From assembly GCF_041146345.1 (NCBI RefSeq), contig NW_027191410.1:310001-374000 (forward strand): DNA of 64,000 bases. The letters run 5' to 3'. The DNA is from Neodothiora populina. Taxonomy: Eukaryota. The position numbers and the translations under genes are program-made. The notes beneath the pieces were generated by a model, which saw only the letters and a list, made by a program, of their open reading frames with translations, was not told the origin of the DNA and did not search any database. Positions 49,576 to 62,275 of the stretch are shown here, piece by piece. Positions within the stretch are counted from its first letter, which is position 1. Each line of letters starts with the position of its first letter.

Positions 49576-50780
49576 TTTTGTGGAAGGTGTTTATCCGAGC
49601 GATTATGTATATCAGTGTATGTGTGTGATTGGTTGCAAGTAAAGGTAAGATAGTCGCACAGCCAGTGGCAAACAAAACACTGTTTCCTTGCCCCCTTATA
49701 GTTCCAGGATGGAAGGTGTGGGTGAAGTGGCGTTGGGCGGCGGCTGACTGACTCTCCTCCCCACTATTGTGAAGATTGGAGTAAGGTAGGATGTGTTTAT
49801 TAACGACTGGGGAAATTTGGAAACGGTTTAATCGACAAAGTAGATGGGAAAGTAGACGATTAAAGTTTCAGAGTTGACAGATCGTTGTGAGATGTGCCGT
49901 CGTCGTCGCTCGTGTGTCTCGGTAACGCAAGCCTTTGCGATGACCTTGTTTCAGTGCCTCGAGAGGTGGATTGCGACGGGCGCAAGGAGTGGATGAGCGA
50001 TATGATTGTCGATGATAAGAAGGAAAGGCTGGTCAGGATAATGATGGAAGGGGCAGGCGAAAACGAAAGAGAAAATGCGACACTGGCAAAAAGAAGGTGG
50101 GATGGATAGAGGCCGAGGAGTTGATTGACGGGTGGGCAAATGGTGGGCGAATGTGTTGGTGGCTCAGCTTGTTATGCCTTGGATGCTAGAGTCACGGCAG
50201 CCTTACGCAATGCGGCCAGGCGGAGAGACGGGGAAGCTGGGTATCACAGGCGCCAATGGGGGCTCGGGGGCTAAGACACTCACGCTGGTCCTGTTATGCT
50301 GTCTGTGCATCAAGAGCAGTGCAATCGCAGCGCCTACAGTAATATGAGAGCTGGCGAATGATGTAAGTCATGGAACTTGTAAGTAATGCGAACTTGTACA
50401 TCCTGTGGGCGAAGGCGCTTGACCCAGCCACAGTGAGGATCATCCTGGCGGCTTTGTTTCCAAAGTTGAATTCACGTTAAAGTCATTACTCGAACCAAAA
50501 TCATTCATTTTTTAACTCCTGCTTGCAGTCTTGACACGAAGAATGGGACAGACCAAACGAAATGCTTACACGACCATCATTGTAAGCCTGTATGAAACTA
50601 CTGACTTTTTTTTTTTTTTAAAACGAACTTCAATGTCGATGCTGTCATGATATAGAGCTGACCTATATGGGACGATACTTATCAATATCGCAGTCCGCCA
50701 GCCGATCACCAGCCACCACCACCTACCAATGTTTTACTTGGCAAGCTATAGATATGTTTCGATAACCGCGATAGCACTCC

Positions 50781-51656
50781 TTACAGATAGCCACCGCCAG
50801 AAAATTTGGTGGAGAAGTCGCCGGCCTTCTTCAGCATTTCATTGCGTTGCACCCTGCTCACGCCACCGCCGCCGATATCCTTCTCTCTGTCAAAGGCACG
50901 CTTGCTCGGGTCGTCATCTTCTACCTTTTGAACTTTGCGATGCTGTTCGACCAGACTGGGTCCCCTGTAGGCTTGTGTTTGCTCCTTGATTTTATCCGCC
51001 TGTGAATGCTGCTCCCGATTCCTTGCGTATTCTTTGGCATTGAAGTCTCCAGCAGCACTGCCCTTGACTCCCATGGCTTCGTTCTGCAGGCGCTTGAGTT
51101 TCTCCTCTGGTGTCTCTGTCCATGCTGCAGCCATGCCTCCTGATTTGTCTGCAGGTGCGCGAGCGCTCTTGCCCGTGTTGAAGCCTTTAGCTCGGATCTT
51201 GGTCGGATCCAATCGCGCGGACAGATCATCCGCAGTGGGTGGCACCATCATCCATTCATCGCGACGGGCTTTTGTAGGCTGCTCATCTGGACCGGGGCGT
51301 GTGGGACGTTTTATGGGATCGTCCAGATCATCACCCGGATGCAAGTCTTTGGCGCTGGGAGGAGCCGGGCCAAAGTCATCGTCGTCGTCGCTGCTACTGT
51401 CATCGTCCTCGCGATCGCTGTTTGCAGGATGCGAGGGACGTTGGTCAAGCGGCGCTGGAGGTGGAGTAGGTCCCAGGACTGGTGGTGCAGGTCCTGCCAC
51501 TCTCGGTCTCTTGTCTCCCTGCGTCTCTTCTGCTCCTGGACTCTTTGCCTTCTTTGCGCCGGGAGTGATGTCGTGGTCGTCTTGTGAGCTCTCTTCTTGT
51601 TGTCGCTTCCTCTTGGCCAGCAAGTGAGGCGGCAATGACGCACCTATCGCCGACAT
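50781..51656 (-). CDS. GPALPP1/DUF3752-family protein
   Basis: SLPPHLLAKRKR, FGPAPP, RDEWMMVPP, WTETPEEK and RAFDREKD. Confidence 0.85.
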   Translation of the reverse strand: MSAIGASLPPHLLAKRKRQQEESSQDDHDITPGAKKAKSPGAEETQGDKRPRVAGPAPPVLGPTPPPAPLDQRPSHPANSDREDDDSSSDDDDDFGPAPPSAKDLHPGDDLDDPIKRPTRPGPDEQPTKARRDEWMMVPPTADDLSARLDPTKIRAKGFNTGKSARAPADKSGGMAAAWTETPEEKLKRLQNEAMGVKGSAAGDFNAKEYARNREQHSQADKIKEQTQAYRGPSLVEQHRKVQKVEDDDPSKRAFDREKDIGGGGVSRVQRNEMLKKAGDFSTKFSGGGYL

Positions 51657-52220
51657 ATTGGTTGTGTGTGATGATATCGATGGGACTGTTTGACCAGAAG
51701 TATATGCGAGAGTATGCGCACTGTTGCACTGCTATGAAGCTCCAACTAGTATCGGATTCGCGTGTATCGGACCGCATCTCCGGACCATATTATGACGTGG
51801 ACCCTTGTGCGTGTCGCCTTGTGAGAGAGCGTGAGGCATTCGGCAATACCTTCCTCCTCTGATGCCTCAGGCACATCTGATAGGTACAGCACGGTGTCTC
51901 ATATAGCGTAGAGATGTGCACATGAATAACCGCGTATCTTCTGCCTTCGTAATTACTCAGTCTATAATCTGAGCTTGCTACCTAGCTGTCGCCCTCGTAG
52001 ATTCACGGAATTCAGGACGAACGCAGTCTACATCACGTGAACTCACTTGCCTCAGGCATCCCGGTGGAACGTTCCCAGCTACATCAACACTCCATAAGAT
52101 ACTCTCGAACCACTGCTGAACCACGCGGCATTAACCTTGCGCCGTCGGTTCGGACATTCAAAGACTTGGAAAGAGGAGCGGTGATAGATTCAAGGCGATG
52201 CTGGCCTCGGGACTAAGCTC

Positions 52221-55200
52221 ATGAGCTCCCCCAATGACGACAGTGATGCCGGCGCACCATACACAACCGACGACGACGACCACCACCACCATGACCGAAT
52301 CACCCACTTTGATTCAGACGCTGCGCCACGCGAACATGACGAAGTCGAGGAAACGTTCATGACAGCGAACGAACATGTCCCACACACGCCCAGTCCACCG
52401 GGTGTCGATCTGGGTCGCTTCGACACCGCCAGGCCTGCTGCTTCTCCCGGGCCAGACGTCGACTTCGAGGCCGACAATGCATTTCACACGCCGGGAAAGT
52501 CACTGGACGAGGAACTCAGGGAAGAAGAGGACATGACTGCCTCCGACATGGACAATCTGCCGGACATGACTGCGCAATCGCGGTTTCCTATGCTCTCTAC
52601 CGATCTGGGAAGCCCCTTGGATTCCGGGTCCATACCTGACGACACACCCTCACTTCAGGGTTCATTCCGGGGCTCCCAGCTCTCGCTTCCTCTGCGACCA
52701 GGTCTGAGCCCTCGCAGTAGTCTACCACGCACTCCTTCCGGTGCCCTTCAGCCCTTTGAGCGGCGTTTCGCTTCCCGCTTCTCTTCCTCCCCGTCTCCTT
52801 CACCTCGTCGAGCAGCTTCTCCTGCATTTCTGTCGCCACACTCGCGACACTCTTCCATGTCCTCCCACTTGCCCGCCTCCGACACTTCCGAGCTTGCCGA
52901 GACACCTGAAGCGCCGTGGGACGTGGTGAGGTGGACTAAACTCAAGAAAATCACTGGCCAAGCTTTCTCGGAAGTGGGCAAACGTAATTTCGGCTCTCCT
53001 ACCTGTCTCGCTGTAACATCCATCATTGCAATCGGCACGTCTAAGGGTTTGATCCTCATTTTCGACTATCACCAAATCTTGAAGAGCATTATCGGACAAG
53101 CGACGAAAGCCATCGAGTCGGGAGCCATCACTTCACTAGCCATTGCTGCCGACCACAGTACCATTGCCGGAGGCCATGCATCTGGCAACATCTTTACCTG
53201 GGAGATCGCGCGCCCCGCTCGTCCCTTCCTTCACATCCCACCGGTGTCGAGGACCGATGGCGCTACTGGTCGGGACGGTCATGTCCCCGGACGCTCTGTT
53301 CTGCACATAGGTTTCCTCGGCACTCGCCACACTGCCCTGGTGTCTGCCGACGATGGCGGCATGGCATTCTCCCACCTGGCTACGAGAGGCCTTGGAGCTG
53401 TCACTCGTTCAGTCAAGTCTACACGTCTGCTTGGTCGCTATCCCCTGCCACCCGCACCAGAAAAGCCTCTGCAGAAACCGAGCTCTGTTCTGGCCTTGGC
53501 ACCCCTGCCGCTTGGTAATGTCGAGCAGTTGACCGACGAGATGGGCCTGACAGCGCTGCTCACTCCTTATCTGCTGGTCATAGTTTCCACCACCCCCATT
53601 GCTCAGACTCAACACAAGGCTTCCAGACCCAAAGACCTGCATGCTCATGGTGCTCTTAGTGGTTGCCTCGCTTGGTTTCCATCTGTCAAGCTAAAAACTG
53701 CCAAGGGCGGCAAAGCAAATTCCAACACCAAGCTGGTCTACTGCTGGTCGAACATCCTGACTGTTCTTGATGTGGAAGCCCGTCAGCCCGAGTCGTCTGC
53801 CGGCAAAGACAAACCCCCCGAGCTGTATTTCCAGTCAAGGAGCCGCTGGAGGTGTGAGGAAGCCATCGTTGCCGTGCAGTGGTTAAGCCGTTCTGTCATT
53901 GGTGTGCTCACTATCAGTCAGCAGATGATCATCCTGGAAGATCCCAGTCTACATGTCATGGAGTCCGTCGATCTGCTGCAGAAACAGATCTACCATCTCG
54001 ACCTCTTCTCCGGTCAACTACATCAGGTAGTCGAGCAGACGGATAATGAACATTCCGAACTGCACGGTGTCATCGCCGACGCTTTCTACCAGAGCTTCCG
54101 CGTGTACAAGGGCCGCATCTTTCTCCTTGGCGTCAGCGATGTGTCTATCGGTGTCGTTTCTAATTGGGCTGACAGACTCACTGCTCTGTTGGAACATGGT
54201 GACAACATCGCAGCCATCCGTCTCGCCAAGAATTACTGGACCGGCGAATCTGGAGGTGTCACGGTGGGCATGCCCGAGGATCCACAGGCACGCCATGCTC
54301 TTGTGGGCGATCGCGTCCTCGAGCTCATCACAGCTTCGATCACTTACACCCTCTCCGAAGCCTCAGAGGACCGTCCCCTGCGTGCGCTGGTGGTCGAATG
54401 CTTTGACGCCTGTGTCACCATGGACGAACAAGACTTTCTATTCGACCAGGTTTACGAGCCTTTAAAAGATGCTGGCCAAGGAACTCCCTTTCTCGATATC
54501 CTCGAAACATATATCATGGATGAAGAGATCAACTTTGTACCACCGCCTGTAGTCAAAGATCTTGTCGAACTTTTTGTCGACAAAGACGACATTGCCCGCC
54601 TGGAAGAGATCTTGTGCAGATTGGACCCTAGAACACTGGACCTCGACCAGATCACGACGTTGTGTAAAATGCACTTTCTCTATGACGCGCTTATCTTTGT
54701 GTGGAACGAGGCACTTCAAGACTACGTGACGCCCTTTATGGACCTGCTGGCTTTGATCAGGGATACGAAAGACACGGAAATGGATGATGACGATATTGCT
54801 GTGGAGTCGGCGAGGAAGATATTTCCTTATATGGCCTTCGCTCTGACAGGCCGGAAGTACCCTCAAGGGGACTTTATCGATGAAGACGAAGCTGACAATC
54901 ACAAGACGGCTTTGTACAAGCAACTATTTGCAGACGAATATGTCGCGTGGCCGACCGCAGATTCTCCGAAGTTCAGCACTCGACTCGATGGCACTGATGG
55001 ACCTTCGTTCCCATACCTCACTCTGCTTCTTGAGTACGACACAGCAAGTTTCATGAGCATGATGAGCGAAGCGTTCGAGGATCCTTTCTTGAACGGAGGT
55101 CAAGAAGCAATTGGAGATGGCCCTCTCTCCAACGGCAGTGGAGTGAAGATCACCAGGCAGCACATTGTGAGCATTCTGCTCGATGTCATGGCAGACTCCG

Positions 55201-57227
55201 GTTTCGCGCCTGAGCACACCATCTATCTCGACATGTTCATAGCCAGAAACCTGCCGAAATACCCTCAATTCATGATCTTGTCCGGATCGCAACTACAACA
55301 TGTGCTTGATCGCCTTTGCACATTCCGTTCAGACGACCTGACCGCCGACTGTCAACTGAGTGTCGAGTACCTGTTATCTGTCTACCATCCCTCAGTGACA
55401 CCGACACTCATAGAGCAGCTACGAGACGCCAGATTTTATCGTGTACTTAAGTCACTTTACAGGGCTGAACAGAGGTTCGTAGATTTGATTAGCATCTACT
55501 TTGAAGATCCATACGACAAACAGGAACTCTTCCACGACTTATCACAAGCCCTCAAAGTTGTAGCTCCCCAAAAGCAAGCAACGCAGGTCAAACAGCTTTT
55601 GTATGACCATGCTGATGATATTGCGACAATCAACACGCCTCAAACAGCGAGGACCCTGGCACGATTTGCACCAGATACCTTGGACCATTTTGTCGATGCA
55701 TTAAAAGAGACCTATCACCGCTTCATCTTCCTTCGCACTCTTCTCGAGCCTTCGCGCCTTCACGGCAGCGCTGGCCGAGCTGCGGCCGTCGACGCCATAG
55801 CGGAAGAGATGACAGCGGAATTCTGCGAACAATACGTGCAACTCATGTGCATACACGATCCCCGGCACGTCGCTGAATACATCGGCATTCTCGACTCTGG
55901 CGACCTTAACCTTGACAAGGTACTTCCGGCAATGGAAAAGAATGGAGTGATAGATGCTGCCGTACTTTTGCTCGCGCAGGACGGCCTGGCCAGAGATGCC
56001 ATAGACAGACTTTGCAAGCATATGTTGACGTTACAGAATGCGCTCTGCGGTCTGATCGAGGCTGCCACATCCGCGCCTGATCCGACCAGCACAGAAGAGA
56101 CTGCGAACGATCTCACAGCAGCCGTAGACAAGTATGTTCGTTTGGGCATGTGGCTGTGTCAAGGACAGACAGCTGCCGCTGCAAAATCGAGGCGCCCACG
56201 GCCGAGGACCAACGTGGCATGGGACGTTCATGAGTCCGATCTGGATCTTGACGAGCAGCTGTGGCTGGATCTACTGGACTCAGTAGTAGCCTTGTCAAAA
56301 GCAGTAACATCAGAGACCGTCGATATTCCCATATCGGACTACACCGATTTATCGACAGCTTTCGACCTGGACAAAGTCAACAACACCCTTCGGGGTACAG
56401 TCCAAAGCGCATTCACCGCCCTACTGGCATCCACATCCTCAACACCAGACACGCAGACCTCGCTGAGCAACAGCCATCAACACCGCTTCAACCAATCCTT
56501 CTTGCGCGTCTTCCGCGCCTTCCTAAGCCGAGCATCCAACTCCTACGCTCCCACCCTCAGTGATCTGCGTAAAGTGCTCCTCGACATCTTCACAGCCTAC
56601 ACGCACGAGTCCTCGGTCCTGACCCTCGCATCCCAGCTCCTGGACCAAGACGTCTTCACCGACGTCAACGACATCCGCGTGCTCCGACAACGCGGCTGGC
56701 GGCCCAAAACCCAAGTATGCGAGCTATGCAAGCGTCGAGCGTGGGGCACAGGGACGATGCAAGATTTCCACTTCTCGGACCCCAACGCCAACGCCAACAA
56801 CGCCACCAACGACGATGAGCCCCGGATCACTTCTCGCCCCAATCATCAAGGAACAGAGATCATCTGGCGCGAGTGGCAACACATGACTCTGGAAGCCGCC
56901 ATGGCCAAGACGGAGCGCACGCAGAAGAAGCGCGAGCAAGAGCAAGAACCGAGCGACAACAGAGGCAAAGGCAAGAGACCGTCCGTCGCCGTCGTCCACG
57001 AGCGCAGCCCGGAGGAAGTGGCCGCAAAGGAAAGAGGCACGCTGGTCGTTTTCGCCTGCAGACATGTCTTCCACCGCGCGTGTCTTGATTCTAGGATCAA
57101 AGAGAGGCACGAGAGTAATAATATCCGAGGCGGGGCAAGGAATGGCGGAGCGGTGAAGGAAGGTAATGATGCAGGAGACGACGACGATGACGATGAGAGA
57201 GAGGGGTACTGGTGTCCTTTCGACTGA
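52221..57227 (+). CDS. VPS8: CORVET complex subunit Vps8
   Basis: 1668 aa with WD-like N-terminal region (GTSKGLILIFDY), LYDALIFVWN, helical solenoid and C-terminal RING-like CELC..CRHVFHRAC..C. Confidence 0.9.
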   Translation: MSSPNDDSDAGAPYTTDDDDHHHHDRITHFDSDAAPREHDEVEETFMTANEHVPHTPSPPGVDLGRFDTARPAASPGPDVDFEADNAFHTPGKSLDEELREEEDMTASDMDNLPDMTAQSRFPMLSTDLGSPLDSGSIPDDTPSLQGSFRGSQLSLPLRPGLSPRSSLPRTPSGALQPFERRFASRFSSSPSPSPRRAASPAFLSPHSRHSSMSSHLPASDTSELAETPEAPWDVVRWTKLKKITGQAFSEVGKRNFGSPTCLAVTSIIAIGTSKGLILIFDYHQILKSIIGQATKAIESGAITSLAIAADHSTIAGGHASGNIFTWEIARPARPFLHIPPVSRTDGATGRDGHVPGRSVLHIGFLGTRHTALVSADDGGMAFSHLATRGLGAVTRSVKSTRLLGRYPLPPAPEKPLQKPSSVLALAPLPLGNVEQLTDEMGLTALLTPYLLVIVSTTPIAQTQHKASRPKDLHAHGALSGCLAWFPSVKLKTAKGGKANSNTKLVYCWSNILTVLDVEARQPESSAGKDKPPELYFQSRSRWRCEEAIVAVQWLSRSVIGVLTISQQMIILEDPSLHVMESVDLLQKQIYHLDLFSGQLHQVVEQTDNEHSELHGVIADAFYQSFRVYKGRIFLLGVSDVSIGVVSNWADRLTALLEHGDNIAAIRLAKNYWTGESGGVTVGMPEDPQARHALVGDRVLELITASITYTLSEASEDRPLRALVVECFDACVTMDEQDFLFDQVYEPLKDAGQGTPFLDILETYIMDEEINFVPPPVVKDLVELFVDKDDIARLEEILCRLDPRTLDLDQITTLCKMHFLYDALIFVWNEALQDYVTPFMDLLALIRDTKDTEMDDDDIAVESARKIFPYMAFALTGRKYPQGDFIDEDEADNHKTALYKQLFADEYVAWPTADSPKFSTRLDGTDGPSFPYLTLLLEYDTASFMSMMSEAFEDPFLNGGQEAIGDGPLSNGSGVKITRQHIVSILLDVMADSGFAPEHTIYLDMFIARNLPKYPQFMILSGSQLQHVLDRLCTFRSDDLTADCQLSVEYLLSVYHPSVTPTLIEQLRDARFYRVLKSLYRAEQRFVDLISIYFEDPYDKQELFHDLSQALKVVAPQKQATQVKQLLYDHADDIATINTPQTARTLARFAPDTLDHFVDALKETYHRFIFLRTLLEPSRLHGSAGRAAAVDAIAEEMTAEFCEQYVQLMCIHDPRHVAEYIGILDSGDLNLDKVLPAMEKNGVIDAAVLLLAQDGLARDAIDRLCKHMLTLQNALCGLIEAATSAPDPTSTEETANDLTAAVDKYVRLGMWLCQGQTAAAAKSRRPRPRTNVAWDVHESDLDLDEQLWLDLLDSVVALSKAVTSETVDIPISDYTDLSTAFDLDKVNNTLRGTVQSAFTALLASTSSTPDTQTSLSNSHQHRFNQSFLRVFRAFLSRASNSYAPTLSDLRKVLLDIFTAYTHESSVLTLASQLLDQDVFTDVNDIRVLRQRGWRPKTQVCELCKRRAWGTGTMQDFHFSDPNANANNATNDDEPRITSRPNHQGTEIIWREWQHMTLEAAMAKTERTQKKREQEQEPSDNRGKGKRPSVAVVHERSPEEVAAKERGTLVVFACRHVFHRACLDSRIKERHESNNIRGGARNGGAVKEGNDAGDDDDDDEREGYWCPFD

Positions 57228-57629
57228 ATAAAGTGAACGAAGAACACTAATTTCGAGGGCAACGAAAACAAGAAATCTCAATAATCATATTGCTGCCTCC
57301 TTTTGATTTTCCCTCTGTCTCTATCCGTTGCTCCGTCCTAAGAAGTCTTGTCTAGCTGTCTGTCCCAACCCTTTTGTCCTGTCAACCATCTCTTCCAGCT
57401 GGGGTATATACATCTATCTCCCGAAAACCCCAGTCCAAAAGTTACATGTACGTGAAGGAAATTAAATTCATAGAAGACATGGCGTGTCATCCCAATCCTC
57501 CCTAGCCCAGCATAAAAGGAAACAAAAGAAACAAGCAAGGGGAATAGCCCCTAAAAGTAAAACAAAATCTCATAAGAGAAAAAGAATTATAGAGAAAAGA
57601 AGAAGAAAGAGAACCAGAAAAGAAACAAA

Positions 57630-59260
57630 TCATCGACCACCAGCAATAACAGCATGATGAGTCAGCAAGACAGGATGCACAGCCGCGCGCACGGGATTCG
57701 CATCATCAGCGCTCTTGACCAGATCCTCCTGCGAGGACCCCGCGCTATGATGCTCCAAGTCCAACTCTCCCGTAGCGGAGAGGCTGTAGCGTCGCAAGCT
57801 CGTCAGCTCGACGCTGGCTTTCCGCGTGATGCCGCCGGACGCGGTTGATGCCATGGTCATGGCGGCGTGGGAAGAGGAAAAGGGTCCGAATGTCGAGGAT
57901 TGCTGCGTTATCCAGCTCCAGAGCGGCCGTAAGGGCAGCGAGAGTAGTGAGCCGGTGAGGATTATTATGTTGGCTTCTAGGATCACCCAGATCATGAGCT
58001 TGACGAAGTTGTCTGCAGTGGAGGATTGTGTTAGTGCTACGGTCTACACCCTGTTTTTTTGTCCGAGGATTGTTGCTGCTTGGGATGCTGAGGTGGAAAG
58101 ATGGGCTTACAGGTTATGTCGGTACTGCTTGAGAGTTCTTTGATCTCGACGGCCTTCACTACTGATGCTGCAACAGCGCTAGGAGACTTGGTCAGTACAC
58201 ACCAAGAATGATCATCAGCAAAGACACTTACACATAGCTGACCATAAGAACCAGGCACAGTGACGTCTTTTGCTGTCGAGTGAGCTGGAGACTGAAGATG
58301 ATCAGGAGCGGAAATGAAGACAGCAGCAAGTCAACCAAAGAATTCAAGGCTGACGTATGAACAGATGTTAGCTTCCTATCACACAGACGATCGAAGATCC
58401 CTGTGACATGCACAGGTTCGCAACGCACCACTCTGGCCATATCCAACATTAGTCTCGATGCTCATAGATTGGCAATGAGCAGTAGCAGCCACAACAGGAT
58501 CCCACACTGCACTAAAGTCCTTTCCGCACTCGGTATATACTTGCACCACCGTGGCAAGGTTGAAAGCAGTACTGAGACCGACGACCGACAGCACCACGAT
58601 ATAAGCGTTCCGTTGCTTGCTGCGTCCCGTGTTTTTGACGTACTTGCCCTGGTCCAAACCCACGGAGACACGACCTAGAGTAGCGGGAACAATGGTGAAG
58701 CCTTTAGTGATGGCAATCCACTTCTTGGTCTGCATCAGCTGACTCTCTGTCAATGTCGTCGCATGGCGACCGAGGCCTTCAGCTACGCCACCGGTTATGC
58801 AGATTGCATGTCCGATAATAAAGATCTTTCATTGTCACTCGTTAGCCAATGAGTCCAGGATAACATGCGGAGAACAAAACCATTGTTCGTAAGGACAGGA
58901 CCAAAGGCACCGAGAATCGGAAAGAAGATACATACCAGAGACAGGAACATGAACCAATCCGAGGCATTGATCCTTCGAAAGTTGTATCTATGATGACCGC
59001 CTGCCTCAGCATTGAATGCCGTCCTAGCCCAGAACCGTAGAACCAGGATCGACACCGAGGCCGATATCATCGCCCAAGCGAATGCAACGAGCCACATATC
59101 GACGGTCGTTATGCAGAACACAGACAAGGGATCATGCGACACCTATGTAGGAAACCTCAATCCAGTGGATTTGTTTTCTTATGCTTCTTGATTACAACGG
59201 TCGCCAGCTGAGTCTTACCGGAGCAAGATTATGATGTAGTAGTTCACCGGTGCCGCGCAT
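57630..59260 (-). CDS. PTH11-like (fungal rhodopsin-domain) integral membrane protein
   Basis: LRFWAR, SDWF, GLGRH, NSLVDLLL, LQL..QK and W..LEAN motifs. Introns 58826-58935, 58350-58428, 58179-58230 and 58013-58110 give an intact frame. The first exon 59260-59219 (intron 59143-59218) is tentative. Confidence 0.8.
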
Positions 59261-60898
59261 ATACTGCTTCTTGGACCCGAATGAATGGCGAGGAGGGGTG
59301 CAGATCACAGGACATGATGGGATCCATAGGGTTTATCAGAGCCCACTCACAACGTGGTTGCAAAGAGGTTGGTCCCGAGGCCTGGGAATATACAATAGAT
59401 GACCCCACCCACGCCGCCGGATCCGCAATCATGCACTGGCTAAGTTTTTAGTATCAACGGCTGCGGAACGTCGTGCGATTCTGTACAAGACACCGGAGGC
59501 TTCCCTGAACCGTTCCCCGGCACTCTCCCCGGCACCCTCCCGTAATCCATAAATTTGAGATCCGTAAGAGAAAGGCGTTACGTCCGTAACCGAACAGGAG
59601 GTAAGGTTTGTAGGGTGATACTGGTACCTGTATGTGCTGTATATAGTACTTGTATAGGGCATGCTGTGGGAGTTAGACTTCATCAGTTGGTTCTCGAGAT
59701 AGACCAAAGCCCATGCGGCAGATCATTTTAGCTCCGAAGATGCGCTAAACGATCGAGAGCCATCAGGCCTGCAAGTCGTATGGTTTTTCTTATCCCCCAA
59801 TGCCAAGATGCATACCTAGTTTAATGAACGAATACAGCATATGCACGCCGCCTTTTGTTAAGCGACCAGTTGAAAAGCGAGACAGAAACAACCAAGAATC
59901 AGCCGAGGCCGAGGACCCGCTTGCTTGTTCTCTATATTACTTGCATGATGGGAGAAATGCCTATGAACCTTATCACGGACGATTAACCCTGTTGCGGGTA
60001 ATCTTGCGAGATGTATTTTGTGCGTAATCCTCCGAGACCCCCAGCATGTCATTTAGTCTACATATTCGTGGAATGTTCGACACCAGAAAGATCTCCGTTT
60101 TTTCCGTTGGTATGGTTGATGTGAGGGATTGGACTAAAGCTTGCACGTTGCTTTGACCTCGATCTTTCTGACTTTGGAGTCAACCGAGTCAGGATTTGCG
60201 ATGTGCGTGGGCGCACTGTCATTGTAGCACGTGTTGGAGCACGGAGAATCGAGGGCACAGATTTACCGGGAGCGAACGAAGGGTCTCCGTGCTGGTGGTG
60301 TCGATTCTTCATCGTTAAGCCTTCGTTTCGGGAAGAGCGGCGGAAGAGTGCTTAGGGTAGTGTTGTGCATCTTTTAAGGTGAGACAAGCTCACAATCGCG
60401 TAAGCACTAGGAAGGAACATTTGTGTATTGTAAAACTTGGTCGGATAAAAGCGTTGGACTCAGCTCTGTGTGCCGTACAAATTCCACCTTCCACTTAAGG
60501 TACTCGTCGAACTGCTGGCCCGCGTGGTGTGTCGCACATCTACGTTATATGGTCTACGCCCCAGATACACAATCTCGTCTTGATCTCCATTAATTATGGC
60601 TCTCGGAGACGACCCTTTTGTCTATCGTAAGATTGCATACAGGCGCGAAGGTCACTGACTCATAAAAATTGAGACTATGCGGACCTGCAATCTAATGACG
60701 AACTCTGTTGTCGCCGAGAAGCGCCGTTACGGGGATCCACGAACCAGTTCGCCCTTGCGGCTTTCGCTTAGACAATACAAGGTACGAACCGCGGCAGCTG
60801 TAACCTCAAGTAGCTGTTAGACGAAGGCTTAGGTGCAGCAAGTGGATACTAACCATACGTCTGTGTACACCTTTCCTTGACCTTCCCTATCGAGTCGC

Positions 60899-60931
60899 AT
60901 CTTGTCTGGCCATATCTTGTCTGGCCATATC
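60899..60931. repeat. 15-bp tandem duplication (ATCTTGTCTGGCCAT)x2
   Basis: Seen directly in the sequence. Confidence 0.9.
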
Positions 60932-61553
60932 GTACAGGTATAGTATTAGCCAAGACGGTCTTCTTATATCGCTCTAAGGGTCGCGACTGGTATATGCACA
61001 ATGAAGTCGGCGAGATAGTGTGTCCCCATAAATGATGGACAATCTACAAAGGACCGACCTAGCCCGGCACATATCGATTTGGATTCAAGAAGGGGCCCAC
61101 CAAGTCGTCCCACATTTTTAGAATAGGGAAGGTAGGCGACGAGTGGTGTAATGGCAGCTACAGCTCAGACCATATTCTTCATCTTTTCCATATGGCCCAC
61201 CGGGAGTGAATCCCGGTGGAACTTGACGTTATGGGGCCTCGGTGGGCAGGCATAGAAGTAGCACATATTGATTTCCAACTACTGTAGGTCTGAGCCCAGC
61301 AAGTCCCGTAAATAAGATTCCAGACCAAGTAAACCCTTCATGGCGAGAGAACTATGATTAAGTTTCAATACCATTGACCACTGCGAAAGCGGTGGTTGGT
61401 AATCCCATTAATAGCTGGCTTCGTAGAGCCTTTATCTTTCCACTCTCCTCACAATCAGTCCACCGTTCTGCCAATTGATATTCTGTTGGTAACCAAGGTC
61501 GAGAAATCACGCGGTCATACTCAAAGGAAGAGAAACGTAACATCTAGACCAAA

Positions 61554-62275
61554 ATGCCGAGTATCAAGCATCTAGCTGCGTGGGCTGCTGCAACCTCAGG
61601 CCCATTGATGGCCTTCTGCCAGACCCCAGCAGGGTGGGAACCTACGGCGAACACCTCCATCGGTATCGAGTTTGGATCAACAGCCGTGACGCCGGCGGGG
61701 CTTTTGCTTCCTCAATCCTGTAAGCTTGCTCCTTCATCTGCTCTATCTCCCTTCTCGACATGTGCCCTGAAAGCGTCCGAGAGCCCGGAACTAACAGCCA
61801 TGCCCTCAACCAAAAAGTGGTCGACGCAGGACAACCCCGAGTGTACTCCCCAGCGATCTACCCCTCGACCTACGTCTTCGCACTGATCGACGTGCGCGTG
61901 CCCCGAAGCGCAGTCGAGACGTCCGATCCCACGTCTCTATTCCCAGGCCTCGGCGCCGACCGCACGACGCGTCTGCACTGGTGGCAGGACAACGTGTCGC
62001 AGACCAATGGCACAGGCGACTTCAGCGCGTCGTCGCCTCCTCTCGCCGACTATCAGGGCCCTATGCCGACGCTCAACGATGCGCCTCATGATTATATCTT
62101 GTATCTGTTTGATCAGCCGGCCGATTGGGTCAGTCCTGCTGGCGCAGAGGAGTATTATGCTAATCCGGCTGATATGCACCGTATGAGCTTTAATGTCACC
62201 CAGCTGGTTGAGGAGTTGGGCAAGCCCATTGCGGCGAATTATTTCACGGTTCAGAATGAGAATAATACTGTTTAG
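61554..62275 (+). CDS. Secreted phosphatidylethanolamine-binding (PEBP) family protein
   Basis: Signal-like N-terminus, ALID..VP, RLHWWQ, YQGPMP, PHDYILYLFDQP and PIAANYF; intron 61720-61817. Confidence 0.85.

Noticed and set aside
61140..61215. tRNA A-box-like TGGTGTAATGGCAGC
   Set aside because: No T-loop/B-box or acceptor stem.
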